Positions 1 through 9,476 of a DNA stretch of 53,485 bases are shown piece after piece. The DNA is from a virus (lineage: Duplodnaviria > Caudoviricetes): positions 1 to 53,485 of IMG/VR virus record IMGVR_UViG_3300025805_000002; one strand, written 5' to 3'. The stretch's first letter is position 1. Every line of letters begins with the position of its first letter. The position numbers and the translations under genes were made by a program. The notes under the pieces were generated by a model, which saw nothing but the letters and a program-made list of their open reading frames with translations, was not told where the DNA came from and made no database searches.

Positions 1-93
1 CATGCGCGCCTGCGCGCCTGCGCCCGCGTCCACTCGCGACCCGGAACTCCAGCACCCTCGTCGATACAGATCGGCCTCGACCTAACTTCAAAT

Positions 94-160
94 ACCTCGC
101 CCATCCCAAAACTTTGGAGACCTCGCCCGCCCAAACTTCGGAGACCTGTCCCGTTCAAAA
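94..160. repeat. Three imperfect ~24-26 bp tandem units (ACCTCGCCC..CCAAA.CTT.GGAG)
   Basis: Read directly; third unit contains ACCTGTCCC, the same core as the right-end iterons. Confidence 0.6.
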
Positions 161-247
161 ATCCTGCGGCCTTGGCAGAAAAATAGATGCAACCTGAAGG
201 CGTTTCGTGCCAGGATCGAGGCGTCAGCACTCACGAAAGGAGGCCGC

Positions 248-535
248 ATGACAAGACCCGATCCCCGACAATTTCAATACCAGCACCTGCCGAGGCATCT
301 CGCCCAGGTGTGCCAGCCGTTCTGCGAACTGGCGGGCAGGCTTGCCAGCACGATCCCGGCGAACCCGGACAGTGACCAAGCCCTGGTCAAGCTGCTGGAG
401 GCGCGAGACCTCGCGCTTCGAGCGATCCGACATGGCCCCCTTGAAACTTCATCGACCGAGCCGGAGCTTGACTTCGGAGAAGGGGCAGGCCCCGCCTTCG
501 AGGCGGTCCATGGCCGCACCCTCGACCCTGGGTGA
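248..535 (+). CDS. Small helical-hairpin phage protein (possibly Acb2/Tad1-like)
   Basis: SD GGAGG before ATG; motif FQYQHLP...PF.ELA...P.NPD..ALVKLLEARD resembles a common small phage family. Confidence 0.6.
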   Translation: MTRPDPRQFQYQHLPRHLAQVCQPFCELAGRLASTIPANPDSDQALVKLLEARDLALRAIRHGPLETSSTEPELDFGEGAGPAFEAVHGRTLDPG

Positions 536-1018
536 TGACGGCAAGGTCCAAGTTGGACATAAACTCTAAGGACACTTGAATGAACCAGCGAACCACCCTA
601 TTCTCCTAACTGTTCGGCAACCGAAGTCGCGTTCGGCCCGAACTCTGGGTTCCTTGCCAAGGTGGAATCCAGACGGGATGTTCAAGGCGTCCTTCTCTCG
701 GTAGGCCCAGGTCGGCGTTGAGTCCTCGCTGACCTGGGCCGTTCTCCCAGAACCTCGCGACCCCCACCGATACGTTGCACCCTCCCCCGCTCTGCGATAC
801 CTTCTGTCTTGCCACCCTCCCGGCGGCGGTCCCGGCGGTCCCTGAGCGTCATGCGGCGATGATGTCTCGGGGACCCACCCCCTCCCAGATGAAATTGATC
901 TGTAGGCCCGACGAATCGCCCCTGTAGGCCCGTCGAGCGAAACCGTTTCGTAGGCCGAGCCATCCATGCTAGGGTGAAATCCAGAGCGAGATCGGACGCT
1001 CTACCTCCCTGTTGAACT

Positions 1019-1047
1019 TGCCCTGCCTCGGCGGGGCATTTTTTTTT
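1019..1047 (+). terminator. Rho-independent terminator
   Basis: Stem TGCCCTGC/GCGGGGCA with CTCG loop, followed by 9 T. Confidence 0.8.
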
Positions 1048-1059
1048 GTGTTCCCCCTG

Positions 1060-1088
1060 TTGACTATCAACCCGCAGGCTACTATGTG
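1060..1088 (+). promoter_or_regulatory. Sigma70-like early promoter
   Basis: TTGACT at 1060 and GCTACTAT downstream, just after the terminator and before the DUF932 gene. Confidence 0.55.
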
Positions 1089-1149
1089 TTGTCCACGGGG
1101 GGCGTTACATCCTCCGCTGACCCTGACCACAAACAGCCAGGAGATGACC

Positions 1150-2265
1150 ATGGCCTTCGACAATCCTTCGATCCTCACCGCTTGCTCCGACCAATGGATG
1201 AACCGTCCCGACGACGAGCGTTTCACCAGCCTCCCCGAGATGCACCAGCACTTCACGGCTCTGCGCGACCGCAGCACCGGCAAGGCTGTCTCGTCCCGCC
1301 GCCTGAACTTCGCCCCCGACCCCACGAATCCGCTCAAGGGGCTGCTGGTCTCCGGCCAGAACGGCACCGAAGCGACTATGACCCACTGGTCGTTCGGCCA
1401 GATGGCGGGCCTCGCTGGTGCCCCGGCGGGCTATCTGCGGACCCTGCCCGCGCCGATGGCGGCGGACTGCCTGAACTATGGCGTCCAGATCGCCCGCGAC
1501 GTGGAAGATGTTGGCGTCCTCGTGACCAAGGAAGAGTCGGGGATGGTGCAGCTTCGCGCCGCCACCGGCCCGAACTACGGTCGCGTCTGGAACGCTGACA
1601 TCACTGGCGAACTGATCCGTCGCTTCGGCGATGGCCGCACCGGAGACTTCCGCGTTCCCGGCGAGTTCGGCAAGGAAGTCGCCATCGGCAAGCACAACAC
1701 CACCCTCTATGGCGGCGACCGCGATATGTTCGTGTTCCTGGCCGACGAGAAGAACCGGATCGAGGTTCCGAATCGGCGCAACGGTCAAGCGGGCTCGCTC
1801 GCTCGGGGCTTCTTCGTCTGGAACTCCGAGGTCGGCTCCAAGTCCATCGGCGTCGCCTTCTTCCTGTTCGATTTCGTCTGCATGAACCGGATCGTCTGGG
1901 GCGTCCAGGGCTATACCGAGCGCCGGATGCGGCACACCATCTCGGCCCCGGATCGCTGGGCGGACGACATCACGCCGATCATCGAAGAGTATGCCGAGTC
2001 CTCGGCCAAGCCCATTGAAGACACCATCGCGGCGGCCCAGGCCAAGAAGATCGAGAAGGTCGACACCTTCCTGGCGAACCGCTTCGGTGCCCGCATGGTC
2101 GCCAAGCTCCACGAGACCCACGAGCGCGAGGAAGGCCGCCCCGTCGAGACCATCTGGGACGCGACCACGGCCATCACCGCCATCGCCCGTGATATGCCGA
2201 ACCAGGACGCCCGTGTCGAACTGGAGCGCAAGGGCGGCGAACTGCTGGACCTCGTGGCGGCGTGA
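1150..2265 (+). CDS. DUF932-family protein
   Basis: SD AGGAG; motifs THWSFGQ...YLRTLP, RGFFVWNSEVG, F.VCMNRIVWG, MRHT. Confidence 0.75.
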   Translation: MAFDNPSILTACSDQWMNRPDDERFTSLPEMHQHFTALRDRSTGKAVSSRRLNFAPDPTNPLKGLLVSGQNGTEATMTHWSFGQMAGLAGAPAGYLRTLPAPMAADCLNYGVQIARDVEDVGVLVTKEESGMVQLRAATGPNYGRVWNADITGELIRRFGDGRTGDFRVPGEFGKEVAIGKHNTTLYGGDRDMFVFLADEKNRIEVPNRRNGQAGSLARGFFVWNSEVGSKSIGVAFFLFDFVCMNRIVWGVQGYTERRMRHTISAPDRWADDITPIIEEYAESSAKPIEDTIAAAQAKKIEKVDTFLANRFGARMVAKLHETHEREEGRPVETIWDATTAITAIARDMPNQDARVELERKGGELLDLVAA

Positions 2266-2435
2266 TCCCCCCAGCCTGGGTCGTCCTCAGAAGGGACGGG
2301 CGGCCCAGGCGAATCTTCCGGCGCTGGCGGATCATCGCAGGCCCTCTGAAGGTTCGCCTAGAGCGCCGTCGATGAAACTGTTCTGTAGGCTCCGGCCTCC
2401 GAGCACAACTGAAACCCTGAGCGAGAGAGCCTGCT

Positions 2436-2744
2436 ATGGACCCGAACGTCAGCCGTGTCGAAGTCGAACTGTCCCTGGTCTGGGCGTCCGAGAACCCCGA
2501 CCTGTTCCTGGATGCCGTCGCCAAGTTCCGCGACACCCACCAGGGCTGGGGCGTGAAGATCGACACCTTCAGGGCAGGGTTTATCACCCTGGCCGCCTCC
2601 AGGTTCCCCGTCGAAGAGCCGGAGTCCGAGGATCGCAAGAAACTGAAGCGGATCGCTTGGCTTCTCGGTGCGATCATACAGGACGCCGACACCGGCATGG
2701 AGCCCGACGAGATCATCCGAGAGGCGCACAAGCTCTGCCTCTGA
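2436..2744 (+). CDS. Hypothetical protein
   Basis: 102-aa ORF with GC3-rich codon usage. Confidence 0.65.
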   Translation: MDPNVSRVEVELSLVWASENPDLFLDAVAKFRDTHQGWGVKIDTFRAGFITLAASRFPVEEPESEDRKKLKRIAWLLGAIIQDADTGMEPDEIIREAHKLCL

Positions 2745-2863
2745 CGAAACCGTTTCGGCCTGGGGAGCCTCGCCCTCGTCTCCAGGCTGATCGAGGGGTG
2801 GGGGTCCCTCCCTCCCGCCTCCACCCCTCACCTGATACACTGATCGCAGAAAAGGAGAACACT

Positions 2864-3151
2864 ATGCGAATCCCCCAAACCATCTCGGGCCTGCTGGTCG
2901 ACATGATCGGCGACGCCCTGGGCTTCCGGCCTGCTGGCACCAGCGAAGGCAAGGGCGTCGAGCGCGCCCGCCAGCGCCTCGCTGAGAAGCGCAAGCGCAA
3001 CCAGGAAGTCTATGGGCACCTGCCGCCTGCCGAGCCGTCCCGGCAGGTTCTCCGGGCCGCCGTGCGCCGTGCGTTCAAGATCGAGCGGCACGGGCGCAAG
3101 ATGGCCGCGCTGAAGGGCAAGGTTCCCGGCGGGGCTGCGGTGGTCCAGTGA
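2864..3151 (+). CDS. Basic hypothetical protein
   Basis: SD AAGGAG, then ATG (MRIPQTISG). Confidence 0.7.
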   Translation: MRIPQTISGLLVDMIGDALGFRPAGTSEGKGVERARQRLAEKRKRNQEVYGHLPPAEPSRQVLRAAVRRAFKIERHGRKMAALKGKVPGGAAVVQ

Positions 3152-3297
3152 GATCGCTGCGCGAATATCTCGTGATCTCGGTGATGGCGTTGTCCCTTTT
3201 CGTCCTCACCTATGGCTTTATCAAGTCATGGGCAGAAGCGGGGCCTGGGTGCCCCGCAGACCCCACATGGCTCGGCTGGTGCGAGGACATCCAATGA
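3148..3297 (+). CDS. Small membrane protein (49 aa)
   Basis: GTGA and ATGA overlaps with both neighbours; hydrophobic stretch YLVISVMALSLFVLTYGFI. Confidence 0.55.
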   Translation: MRSLREYLVISVMALSLFVLTYGFIKSWAEAGPGCPADPTWLGWCEDIQ

Positions 3298-3443
3298 CGA
3301 CGAGACCACAAGGAACCTACGACAACCCGCTCCCGACGCTGGAGTGGCCCGACGCGAATCCCCCGGCAAGCTGGTGGGGTCGCAACTCGAACGGCGAGAT
3401 CACCAAGGTCTACCGCTCCTATGCGGATTACTGCAATGACTGA
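3294..3443 (+). CDS. Hypothetical protein
   Basis: SD GAGG and ATGA overlap; MTTRPQG...YCND. Confidence 0.55.
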   Translation: MTTRPQGTYDNPLPTLEWPDANPPASWWGRNSNGEITKVYRSYADYCND

Positions 3444-3660
3444 CCTCGCCGATCTGCGCCGCACCGCCGAGGCCCAGGACGCCTACGGCAAGTGGAACAC
3501 GGCACCGGCCTGGAACCGCTACCACGCGGCCAGACGGGCCGCCCAGAGCCCGCTCCGGCGCGTCCTGGGTGATCTCGCGGCCAAGGGCGGCCTCGCCCTG
3601 GCGCTGATCTTCTCCTGGGGCCTGATCCTGGCCCCGATCTGGGTTCCCCTGACACGTTGA
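3436..3660 (+). CDS. Small protein with C-terminal TM helix
   Basis: Coupled ORF; GGLALALIFSWGLILAPIW. Confidence 0.6.
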   Translation: MTDLADLRRTAEAQDAYGKWNTAPAWNRYHAARRAAQSPLRRVLGDLAAKGGLALALIFSWGLILAPIWVPLTR

Positions 3661-3671
3661 AGGAGACCGGC

Positions 3672-3878
3672 ATGACATTCTCTGCACCCATCCCAGCCGT
3701 TCTGTCACATGCCGGAATACGGGTCCAAGCCCAGACCCTGAAGTGCCGGTGCGGGGCCAGCATCACGATCCCGTGCAACACGGTTTCGAGCACCCTGCCC
3801 CGGCAAGTCGTTCACAAGAAGGCCGCCCAGAAAGGATGGAAGACGGGCCGTCGACCGAAGTGCCCCGATTGCAAATGA
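3672..3878 (+). CDS. Small Zn-finger protein
   Basis: SD AAGGAG; CRCG and CPDC motifs. Confidence 0.65.
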   Translation: MTFSAPIPAVLSHAGIRVQAQTLKCRCGASITIPCNTVSSTLPRQVVHKKAAQKGWKTGRRPKCPDCK

Positions 3879-3922
3879 CCGCCTGCGCCTGTAGTGTGAC
3901 CAAGCGACCCTGGAGGATTGAA

Positions 3923-4687
3923 ATGCGCCAACTGATCGTTCGATGGACAGAAAGGTTCCTGCGCTGGCGCATGGTCGGCAAGCCGATCTACGTCGTCAGC
4001 TTCGGACAGATCACCTGGGGTGGCACCATCATGGGAGTCCAGATCGACGAGACCGCAGGCGAAGTGACCGTGACCGCTTTTCATGCGACGGACGGCGTGG
4101 TTCCCTTCGACGATGGCTGCGGCTACGCTCCGATCCTCCGATTCCCGCTCACCGACAAGCTCTCCTGGAACGCCAGGAAGGAACATTACGAGGTTGAAGC
4201 CGATGTCCTGGACCCCCGAGGAAGACGCCGCCCTGAAATCCCTCTGGGCGGCGGGGCACACCGTCCCCGAGATCGCCAAGCGGATGGGCAAGAACCCCAG
4301 CACCGTCAAAGCCCGCCGGAAGCGGCTGAACATTCGCCCGCGCAGGACCGGCGATCTCACCGAGAAAGTTCGCGTCGGGTTCCACCCCGACACGATGCAC
4401 CTGCTGCGGACCAAGGCCCGACGCACCGGGCAGACGATCCCGGCCAGGATCAGGATGCTCGTCGAGCGCGACATGCGCGAACCCTAACCCTGGCCATCAA
4501 CGACACTGGCTGGATTCCTGACGGTATCCTGATCGGCGTCTCTCCCGACCAGCGGCTGCACATCTACCGCCTGGACATGGAGGCCCCGCCGATGCCTGAC
4601 GGCACCGTCATCTGGGCGAACTCCTACACCGCTGAAGAATACCGGCTCTGGACTCACGAGGTCCTGGGCCGCCCTGCAACCCATTAG
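3923..4687 (+). CDS. Hypothetical protein; frame stays open across the nested HTH gene
   Basis: SD GGAGG; protein-like N- and C-terminal thirds, low-complexity middle. Confidence 0.5.
   Translation: MRQLIVRWTERFLRWRMVGKPIYVVSFGQITWGGTIMGVQIDETAGEVTVTAFHATDGVVPFDDGCGYAPILRFPLTDKLSWNARKEHYEVEADVLDPRGRRRPEIPLGGGAHRPRDRQADGQEPQHRQSPPEAAEHSPAQDRRSHRESSRRVPPRHDAPAADQGPTHRADDPGQDQDARRARHARTLTLAINDTGWIPDGILIGVSPDQRLHIYRLDMEAPPMPDGTVIWANSYTAEEYRLWTHEVLGRPATH
4203..4487 (+). CDS. GcrA-like N-terminal HTH plus possible ribbon-helix-helix
   Basis: MSWTPEEDAALKSLWAAGHTVPEIAKRMG matches the GcrA N-terminal pattern; SD GAGG. Confidence 0.7.
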   Translation: MSWTPEEDAALKSLWAAGHTVPEIAKRMGKNPSTVKARRKRLNIRPRRTGDLTEKVRVGFHPDTMHLLRTKARRTGQTIPARIRMLVERDMREP

Positions 4688-4700
4688 GAGGCTCGCCGCC

Positions 4701-5222
4701 ATGCCCTATACCCTGAAGCTCGGTCAGTTCTTGATCGAAGACATCCTGAACCCGAAGCCTGAACAGATCGACATCCACGCCATCGAAGAGCGGTTGCGCG
4801 TCGTGCGCCGCTTCTCGAATGACCCCAAGGCTCTGACCGTCCACCAGCACCGCGTCCTGGTCTCGACGCTGGCTCTCCGGTGCGGCTACCACGGTCGCGA
4901 TGTCCAGGAGTGGTGCTGGCACCACGACGATCACGAGGCCGTCATCGGCGACATTCCCGGCCCGCTGAAGGGGCTGATCTCGAACTACACCGACATCCTG
5001 CGCCACGTTGAAACGGGTCTTGACCGCGCGATCTGTCTGGCCTACCGGATCGACTATCCGACCGAAGATACGCGCCGCCGGGTCCACATCTTCGACAAGG
5101 CCGCCGAGACCATCGAATGGCTCTGGGTGCTGAACCAGCCCCCGCAGCGGTGGAACGCGGACATTCCCGTCAACGAGGCCACGGCCCGCGAGCTTCTGGA
5201 CCACGCCCTGAAAGCTGCCTAG
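4701..5222 (+). CDS. HD-superfamily phosphohydrolase (YfdR/deoxynucleotidase-like)
   Basis: TVHQH...HHDDHEAVIGDIPGPLK motif. Confidence 0.75.
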   Translation: MPYTLKLGQFLIEDILNPKPEQIDIHAIEERLRVVRRFSNDPKALTVHQHRVLVSTLALRCGYHGRDVQEWCWHHDDHEAVIGDIPGPLKGLISNYTDILRHVETGLDRAICLAYRIDYPTEDTRRRVHIFDKAAETIEWLWVLNQPPQRWNADIPVNEATARELLDHALKAA

Positions 5223-5287
5223 ACCTCCCCCACGGGTCTAGTGTATCAATAAGGGCCGACCCCCAACATCTAGTCAGGAGAGACTGC

Positions 5288-8200
5288 ATGAACACGCCTT
5301 TCGCCGCCCCGATTTCGGAGGAAATCTGGGACATGAAATACCGCCTGAAGGAACTCGACGGCACGATCCGGGACATCTCGATCCAGGACACCTGGAGACG
5401 GATCGCCCGAGCCCTGGCCGCATGTGAAACCGACCCGATCCTTTGGGAAGAACAGTTCTTTGAGGTCCTGAGCGATTTCAAGTTCCTGCCCGCTGGCCGG
5501 ATCATCGCCGGGGCCGGTGCGGGCCGGAACGTGACCCTCTTCAACTGCTACGTCATGGGCACGATCCCGGACTCCATGAACGGCATCTTCGACGCCCTGA
5601 AGGAAGCCGCTCTGACCATGCAACAGGGCGGTGGGATCGGATACGATTTCAGCCCGCTCCGGCCAAAAAGCTCGCCGGTCAAGGGCGTGGCCGCTGACGC
5701 CTCCGGGCCGCTGACCTTCATGGATGTCTGGGACGCGATGTGTCGCACCGTCATGTCGGCGGGCTCCCGGCGGGGGGCGATGATGGCGACCATGCGCTGC
5801 GATCACCCCGACGTGCTGGACTTCATCACCGCGAAGCAAGAGAGCACCCGCCTGCGGATGTTCAACCTTTCGGTGCTGGTAACGGATGCCTTCATGCGGG
5901 CCGTCCAAGAGAACCGCGACTGGTATCTGGTCCACGTCGAGCCTCCTGCCCACAGGGGCAAGGATGAACTGACGATACTGGACAACGAAGGTGACGACGG
6001 GCGGACCAAGGGTCTACCGCGCTATGTTCACCGCGTCGTGAAAGCGGTGGACCTCTGGGAAAAGATCATGCGCTCGACCTACGATTATGCCGAGCCCGGT
6101 GTGATCTTTATCGACCGTATCAACCGCGATAACAACCTGAACTACTGCGAAACCATCGCTGCGACCAACCCCTGTTTTGCAGGCAACCAAACCCTCTGGA
6201 CCGACCAAGGTCTCAAGACCTTTGCTGAACTGGAAGGGCAGCGTGTGTCTGTCCTGACTGAAAACCAAGTGGGCAAGCTGGTCTACCACCCCATGGATGT
6301 TTTCAAAACAGCCGAGAATCAAGAAATTCTCCGTGTGACTCTGGACGATGGCACGACCATCGACTGCACGCACACCCATGAATTCTTCGATCTGCAACGC
6401 AATCGGGTCGAAGCCCGTGATCTCCTTCCGGGTCAGAGGCTTGCCTCAGTCTACCGCCACAACGCCAACTCCAAAGGCTACAAGCGGCTGACCAACGGCA
6501 TCGACAATCCGCTGGAACACCATGTTCCTTTTGAGATCATTCCTGATGGATTTCATGTTCATCACAAAAACGAGATCAAAGACGACAATCGTCCTCAGAA
6601 TCTCGAATTGATCCTCGGTTCAGACCACAACTCCTACCACATGCAGGGTGACAGGAATCCTTCCATCACCCACCCTGAAAACAACAAACTGATCCAGATG
6701 GACCATTCTGGGTCGAACAATGGGCGGTATCGTGAAGACCTTGACGATGATGATCTTCAGGAAATGCGGAAACAGGGCATGTCCTACATTGCCATCGCAC
6801 AAGCTGTGGGATGCTCCAAATACACGGTCATGAAGCGTCTGGGGTATGAGCGCCCCAACCACAAAGTTGTTTCTGTTGAACCTCTCATGGAACGTCAGGA
6901 CGTGTTCTGTGGCACTGTGGGAGAAACCCATCGGTTCTTCCTTGGCTGCGAACGTGGTGGTGTGCTGGTCTCTAACTGTGGTGAGCAACCGTTGCCCCCC
7001 TACGGTGCCTGCCTGCTGGGCTCGATCAACCTGACCCGCTTCATCCGCAGTCCGTTCAAGGCTCCGGTCAAGGGGGCCAAGGGCGACTACGCCCGGATCA
7101 TGGGCGACGAACTCGACCGTGCCGTCAAGATCGCCGTGCGGATGATGGACAACGTGAACGACGTGTCCAAGTTCCCGCTGCCGCAACAAGCCGAAGAGAG
7201 CCGCCTGAAGCGCAGGATCGGCCTGGGTGTGACTGGTCTGGCCGACGCCCTGGCGATGCTCTGCGTCCCCTACGACTCGCCGGAAGCGATCAAGGTGGCC
7301 GAAGGGATCATGCGCCGGATCACCCTGGCGGCCTACGAAGCCTCGGTCGAACTCGCCAAGGAGAAGGGTGCCTTCCCCGCGTTCGACGCCGAGAAGTATC
7401 TGGCGAACGAGACCTTCGCCTCGCGCCTCCCGGACTACCTGAAGACCCTGATCCGCGAGCACGGCATACGCAACTCCCACCTGACCTCCATCGCCCCCAC
7501 CGGCACGATCTCGCTCGTGGCGGGCAACGTGTCCTCGGGGATCGAGCCGATCTTCGCGCTCGATTACAAGCGCAAGGTGACGCAGAAGGATGGGTCCAAG
7601 ACCGAACAGCGCGTCCAGGACTACGCGGTCATGGCTTACCACACCGCGTTCGACCTGGAGCCCGACGAGGACTTGCCGAGCTACTTCGTCACCGCCCAGG
7701 ACCTCGAACCGCTGGCCCATGTTCGGATGCAAGCCGCCGTCCAGACCTGGGTGGACACGTCGATCTCCAAGACGATCAACGTGCCGAAGGACATCCCGTT
7801 CGCGGTCTTCGAGCACGTCTACCTGGAAGCCTATCGCCTGGGGTGCAAGGGATGCACCACCTACCGCCCGAACGATGTCACCGGCTCTGTGATCTCGGTC
7901 GAAGAGAAGCCCGTCGAAACGGTTTCGCAGGATGACGGCTTCGCTCTGACCGTGCGCTCCGAGACCCTGGAGGGCAAGACCTACAAGGTCAAGCTGGGTG
8001 GCGCTCCGGGCTTCTACATCACGATCAACGACATCGTGCAGGGCGATTCGCGACGCCCGTTCGAGGTCTTCATCAACACCAAGAACCCGGAGCACATCGC
8101 CTGGAGCACCGCGCTCACGATGATGATCTCCGCGATCTTCCGTCGCCCCCACGACGCCAGCTTCGTCGTCGAGGAACTGAAGAGCGTCTTCGACCCCAAG

Positions 8201-8476
8201 GGTGGCGGGTTTTGGCGCGGGGCTTACCGGCCCTCGGTGGTGGCCGCCATCGGTCAGGTGATCGAAGACCACATGCGCGAGATCGGCTACGGTTCGTTCC
8301 AGGGTTCCATGGGCTTGGCGATGCCTGACAACACCACCGGCCTCGCCGATCCCGCCCTGGCCGTGCAGTCGACCTTCGGCTCCGGCGCGTCCTGCCCGAA
8401 GTGCTTCAGCTTCAACATCAAGCGGGAAAGCGGCTGCGAGACGTGCCAGGACTGCGGCCACTCCAAGTGCGGCTGA
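5288..8476 (+). CDS. nrdJ: Class II (B12-dependent) ribonucleotide reductase with intein and C-terminal Zn-ribbon/TSCPD-like region
   Basis: FLPAGRI, TLFNCYV, GGGIG, NP|CGEQ, RRIGLG, IAPTGTIS, SISKTINV; no small-subunit gene. Confidence 0.92.
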   Translation: MNTPFAAPISEEIWDMKYRLKELDGTIRDISIQDTWRRIARALAACETDPILWEEQFFEVLSDFKFLPAGRIIAGAGAGRNVTLFNCYVMGTIPDSMNGIFDALKEAALTMQQGGGIGYDFSPLRPKSSPVKGVAADASGPLTFMDVWDAMCRTVMSAGSRRGAMMATMRCDHPDVLDFITAKQESTRLRMFNLSVLVTDAFMRAVQENRDWYLVHVEPPAHRGKDELTILDNEGDDGRTKGLPRYVHRVVKAVDLWEKIMRSTYDYAEPGVIFIDRINRDNNLNYCETIAATNPCFAGNQTLWTDQGLKTFAELEGQRVSVLTENQVGKLVYHPMDVFKTAENQEILRVTLDDGTTIDCTHTHEFFDLQRNRVEARDLLPGQRLASVYRHNANSKGYKRLTNGIDNPLEHHVPFEIIPDGFHVHHKNEIKDDNRPQNLELILGSDHNSYHMQGDRNPSITHPENNKLIQMDHSGSNNGRYREDLDDDDLQEMRKQGMSYIAIAQAVGCSKYTVMKRLGYERPNHKVVSVEPLMERQDVFCGTVGETHRFFLGCERGGVLVSNCGEQPLPPYGACLLGSINLTRFIRSPFKAPVKGAKGDYARIMGDELDRAVKIAVRMMDNVNDVSKFPLPQQAEESRLKRRIGLGVTGLADALAMLCVPYDSPEAIKVAEGIMRRITLAAYEASVELAKEKGAFPAFDAEKYLANETFASRLPDYLKTLIREHGIRNSHLTSIAPTGTISLVAGNVSSGIEPIFALDYKRKVTQKDGSKTEQRVQDYAVMAYHTAFDLEPDEDLPSYFVTAQDLEPLAHVRMQAAVQTWVDTSISKTINVPKDIPFAVFEHVYLEAYRLGCKGCTTYRPNDVTGSVISVEEKPVETVSQDDGFALTVRSETLEGKTYKVKLGGAPGFYITINDIVQGDSRRPFEVFINTKNPEHIAWSTALTMMISAIFRRPHDASFVVEELKSVFDPKGGGFWRGAYRPSVVAAIGQVIEDHMREIGYGSFQGSMGLAMPDNTTGLADPALAVQSTFGSGASCPKCFSFNIKRESGCETCQDCGHSKCG
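6173..6976 (+). mobile_element. Intein (268 aa) with in-frame HNH endonuclease, at the RNR active-site Cys
   Basis: Starts CFAGNQ; block B CTHTHEF; HHKNEIKDDNRPQNLEL; ends LVSN followed by Cys+1 of CGEQ. Confidence 0.9.
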
Positions 8477-8536
8477 TCTGACGAAACGGTTTCGCCGGGG
8501 TCCCACGACTCCGGCGAAACTATTTCGGTCGACCAG

Positions 8537-8565
8537 TTGACAGTAAACTCGCAGTTGCTTATATC
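8537..8565 (+). promoter_or_regulatory. Sigma70-like promoter
   Basis: TTGACA-17 nt-TATATC upstream of the ParB-like gene. Confidence 0.7.
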
Positions 8566-8605
8566 TGGGGTCACGCGACAACTCTGCCCCGAAGGAGGAC
8601 TCACC

Positions 8606-9475
8606 ATGGCAAAGACCGGCCTCGCCGCCATCGCACAAGGTCGCACCGACCTGTTCCACATGGACCCCCGGAAGATCGTCATCCGCCACGGCTGGAACAG
8701 CCGGGACTTCGAGCTTCCCGAAAACCAAGCCCACGTCGACCAGCTTGCGGATTCGATCCGCGAAGTCGGCGTCAAGGAGCCCCTGGCAGGCTATCACGAG
8801 GAAGGCGAGTTCATCCTGACGAACGGCGAGAGCCGTTTGCGCGCCGTCCTGAAGCTGATCTCCGAAGGCCACGCCGTCGCGACCGTGCCGGTCCAGCCCG
8901 AGCCGCGTCACGCCACCGAGACCGACCACATCCTCTCCCAGATCATTCGCAACTCCGGGAAGCCCTTCACCCCCATCGAAAACGCCCGTGTCTTCGCCCG
9001 CTTGATCGGCCTGGGCATGACGAACAAGGACATCGCGGCGAAGGTCGGCATGACCCCCGAGCGCGTGGCGCAGATCGCCAAGCTCGACGCCGTGACCCCC
9101 ACCGTTCGCGAGCACATCAAGAAGGGGGGGATCACGTCGACCCTGGTGCAGCGTATCCAGTCCAAGGCCAAGGACGCGAACGAGGTCGAGGAACAGGTCG
9201 TCGAGGCGATCAAGACCGCCCAGGCTGACGGCAAGACCAAGGCCACCCCGAAACACGCTACCCCCCGGAAGGCCGCGCCGAAGCGGGCGAATTACAAGGA
9301 CCTCTTCCTGGAGATGATGTCGTTCCTCACGTCGGAGCACCCGGAGGAAGACGCGGACATGATCGTCCAGTTCACGATGCCCACGGGCCGCTGGGAAGCC
9401 TTCCAGGCCGCCGCCAAGCCCGCTGCGCCGAAACCCGCCGCCAAGCCCGCTACGGCCTCGCTGGAGACCTTCTGA
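8606..9475 (+). CDS. ParB/Srx N-terminal domain plus HTH protein
   Basis: LADSIREVGVKEPL...LTNGESRLRA (GxxRxxA motif), then MTNKDIAAKVGMTPERVAQ HTH. Confidence 0.8.
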   Translation: MAKTGLAAIAQGRTDLFHMDPRKIVIRHGWNSRDFELPENQAHVDQLADSIREVGVKEPLAGYHEEGEFILTNGESRLRAVLKLISEGHAVATVPVQPEPRHATETDHILSQIIRNSGKPFTPIENARVFARLIGLGMTNKDIAAKVGMTPERVAQIAKLDAVTPTVREHIKKGGITSTLVQRIQSKAKDANEVEEQVVEAIKTAQADGKTKATPKHATPRKAAPKRANYKDLFLEMMSFLTSEHPEEDADMIVQFTMPTGRWEAFQAAAKPAAPKPAAKPATASLETF

Positions 9476-9476
9476 C

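Noticed and set aside
5117-5287. N-terminal extensions in the ORF track (RNR, DUF932, Pol, ThyX, DUF5664, ParB)
   Set aside because: Downstream starts have SD sequences or coupling; the extensions overlap neighbouring genes or promoters
8606-9475. Plasmid-prophage or integrating lifestyle
   Set aside because: No ParA, integrase, protelomerase or clear CI repressor seen
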